Of a DNA stretch of 64,000 bases, positions 62,475-64,000 are shown in pieces. The stretch is from positions 16,178 through 80,177 of the forward strand of contig JBMNTA010000006.1 in the NCBI GenBank assembly GCA_050945495.1, written 5' to 3'. The DNA comes from Saccharofermentanales bacterium (GTDB taxonomy: Bacteria; Bacillota; Clostridia; Saccharofermentanales; DTU023). The notes beneath the pieces are model-generated. The model was not told the DNA's origin, searched no databases, and was given only the letters and a program-made list of their open reading frames with translations. The position numbers and the translations under genes are program-made. Each line of letters opens with the position of its first letter. Positions within the stretch are counted from its first letter, which is position 1.

Positions 62475-64000
62475 TTACGAGATGAAGAGCGTGAATTGCG
62501 AATGATCGGCATCGTTCAACATGGACGCGACGCCGCCGACGTTCACGCCATCCAAGAGCTCTTCTTCCTTCAAGCCCATGACGTCCATCGTCATCTGGCA
62601 GGCCGTCATCTCGATCAAGGGACTCGCCGCGGCTTCGGCCACGAGGTCTTCGAGCGACGTGATGCCCTTGTCTTGCATGACTTTGCGCATCATCTTCGGC
62701 GCCACGCCCATCATGTTCATCTGGGAGAGCCCCATGCCCTTCGTGCCTTTGGGGAGCATCCCCGCAAACATCTTGTCCATGAAGCCTTTCTCGACGTCTA
62801 CGTGCACATCTTTGCGCAGTGCGCTCAAGCCCCAGAAGGTAAAGAACATGTGCACCCGATCGCCCATGGCGGCCGCGCCCAACGCAATGATGAACGCCGC
62901 CATGACTTTATCGAAATCACCGGCAAAGACGATCATCGTCTTGTCTTTGGAGGTGGGATCGCCGGCCACCGGCGTCGGTCGACCCGTCCCCTTCTGAATC
63001 ACCGCGGTGATGTAACCGCCCGATGTTTCACACGACACCAGCGTATTGCCGGTGTTCTCGCACCAGCTGTCGATGTCGCGGGCAAATCCGGGATCGGTGG
63101 CCTTGACGCGCACCGTCTCCCCCGCCTCCATATCTTCCATCGCTTTGCCGACCTGCACGATCGGTCCGGGACAAGCCATCCCGCAAACATCCAATTGAAT
63201 CGCTTCGCGTGCCTCGCTCATATCGTTCGTTCCTTCCTTCGGTACCGCGGCGGGCGTCTTCGGGGTCTGTGTGAGTGCCTCGTACGTGCGGAATCCACCG
63301 GCCATGTTGCTTGCTTTGAATCCGTTTTGTTTCAAAATCCGTTCCGCGATGTATCCGCGCAATCCGACGGCGCAATGGATCAAGTAATGTTGATCGCGAT
63401 CGAGCTCATCGAGCCGCGAACGCAATTGCGGGAGCGGAATCGACCGCGCTTCATCGATCTTGCCCGTCAGGCGCTCGACTTCTTCGCGCACATCGATGAC
63501 GGTGTACTTTTCGGGATCGGCCAGATATTCTTCGACCGTCACGGCATCCGTGATGCCCGCCAAGATGTTCTCGGCGACAAAGCCCGCAAAGTTCACGGGG
63601 TCTTTCGCCGCACCGTACGGCGGCGCATACGCAAGTTCCAGATGCGTCAAGTCTTGCACCGTGCCCTTGAAGTGGATCGTCGTCGCGATGACATCGATCC
63701 GTTTATCGACGCCGGCCATGCCGACGATCTGCGCGCCCAAAACACGCCCGGACGCATCGAAGATCAACTTGATCGTCATCGGCATCGCACCGGGGTAATA
63801 TCCCACATGATTCGACGGATGCACCAAGGCGATGAAGTAATCTTTTTTGTAGACTTTGCCCTGACGCTTCAAGCTCTTCTCGTTCACGCCGGTCGACGCC
63901 GCCGTCAAGTCAAAGATCTTTGCGACGCTCGTTCCGATGCTCCCGGGATACGACGACTTCGGCAACGCATCCACCATGTGCGCCCCGACCAAGCGACCTT
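62475..64000 (-). CDS. CoA-disulfide-reductase-type flavoprotein fused to rhodanese, TusA/SirA-like and DsrE-like domains (3' portion; N-terminus outside window)
   Basis: Pyridine-nucleotide-disulfide-oxidoreductase dimerisation region reaches the window edge. Rhodanese loop HCAVGLRG. TusA motif DVCGMACPGPIV. DsrE-like C-terminus KTMIVFAGDFDKVMAAFIIALGAAAMG...FFTFWG. Confidence 0.85.
   Translation of the reverse strand, partial: GRLVGAHMVDALPKSSYPGSIGTSVAKIFDLTAASTGVNEKSLKRQGKVYKKDYFIALVHPSNHVGYYPGAMPMTIKLIFDASGRVLGAQIVGMAGVDKRIDVIATTIHFKGTVQDLTHLELAYAPPYGAAKDPVNFAGFVAENILAGITDAVTVEEYLADPEKYTVIDVREEVERLTGKIDEARSIPLPQLRSRLDELDRDQHYLIHCAVGLRGYIAERILKQNGFKASNMAGGFRTYEALTQTPKTPAAVPKEGTNDMSEAREAIQLDVCGMACPGPIVQVGKAMEDMEAGETVRVKATDPGFARDIDSWCENTGNTLVSCETSGGYITAVIQKGTGRPTPVAGDPTSKDKTMIVFAGDFDKVMAAFIIALGAAAMGDRVHMFFTFWGLSALRKDVHVDVEKGFMDKMFAGMLPKGTKGMGLSQMNMMGVAPKMMRKVMQDKGITSLEDLVAEAAASPLIEMTACQMTMDVMGLKEEELLDGVNVGGVASMLNDADHSQFTLFIS

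Overview
GC-rich bacterial chromosome segment. GGAGG-type Shine-Dalgarno sites, hisS-aspS, lepA-lepB, pth-mfd and LemA/TPM linkage suggest a Bacillota/Clostridia-like organism (inference). About 62 protein genes, roughly 50 on the minus strand, many joined by ATGA/TGATG overlaps. All family calls come from motifs read by eye in the ORF track; no database search was run.

Content in window order:
- Opp-type peptide permeases
- heterodimeric ABC exporter with one degenerate ATP site
- LRR surface protein
- MacB-like ATPase-permease fusion
- tRNA-Leu(UAG), lepA, lepB, aspS, hisS, nnr, trxA
- MscS / Pro-Thr-rich protein / LemA / TPM / P-loop kinase-like cluster
- TPP-riboswitch-controlled thiXYZ-type transporter
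- DUF47 + PiT, rho with a low-complexity insertion, mreB
- tRNA-Ser(GGA), tadA, plsC, hflX
- XRE regulator converging on an 8-gene polyamine/MATE cluster (speD-speA-speE-speB, carboxyspermidine dehydrogenase/decarboxylase, MATE, unknown)
- MFS, FMN reductase, three coupled unknown membrane proteins
- tRNA-Arg(CCG), mfd-pth-MBL-murA-HK-RR block
- nagB, guanine deaminase, split ChrA pair, two divergent M20 peptidases
- IS1182-like transposase remnant
- 3' part of a CoADR-rhodanese-TusA-DsrE fusion running off the window

No CRISPR array, rRNA or intact mobile element was seen.

Most interesting:
- a polyamine supercluster carrying both spermidine chemistries
- the XRE/unknown-gene convergent overlap
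- the membrane-protein trio
- a structured AT-rich opp leader

Nothing here can be shown from sequence alone to be a new system. The many long antisense ORFs are GC-driven shadows.
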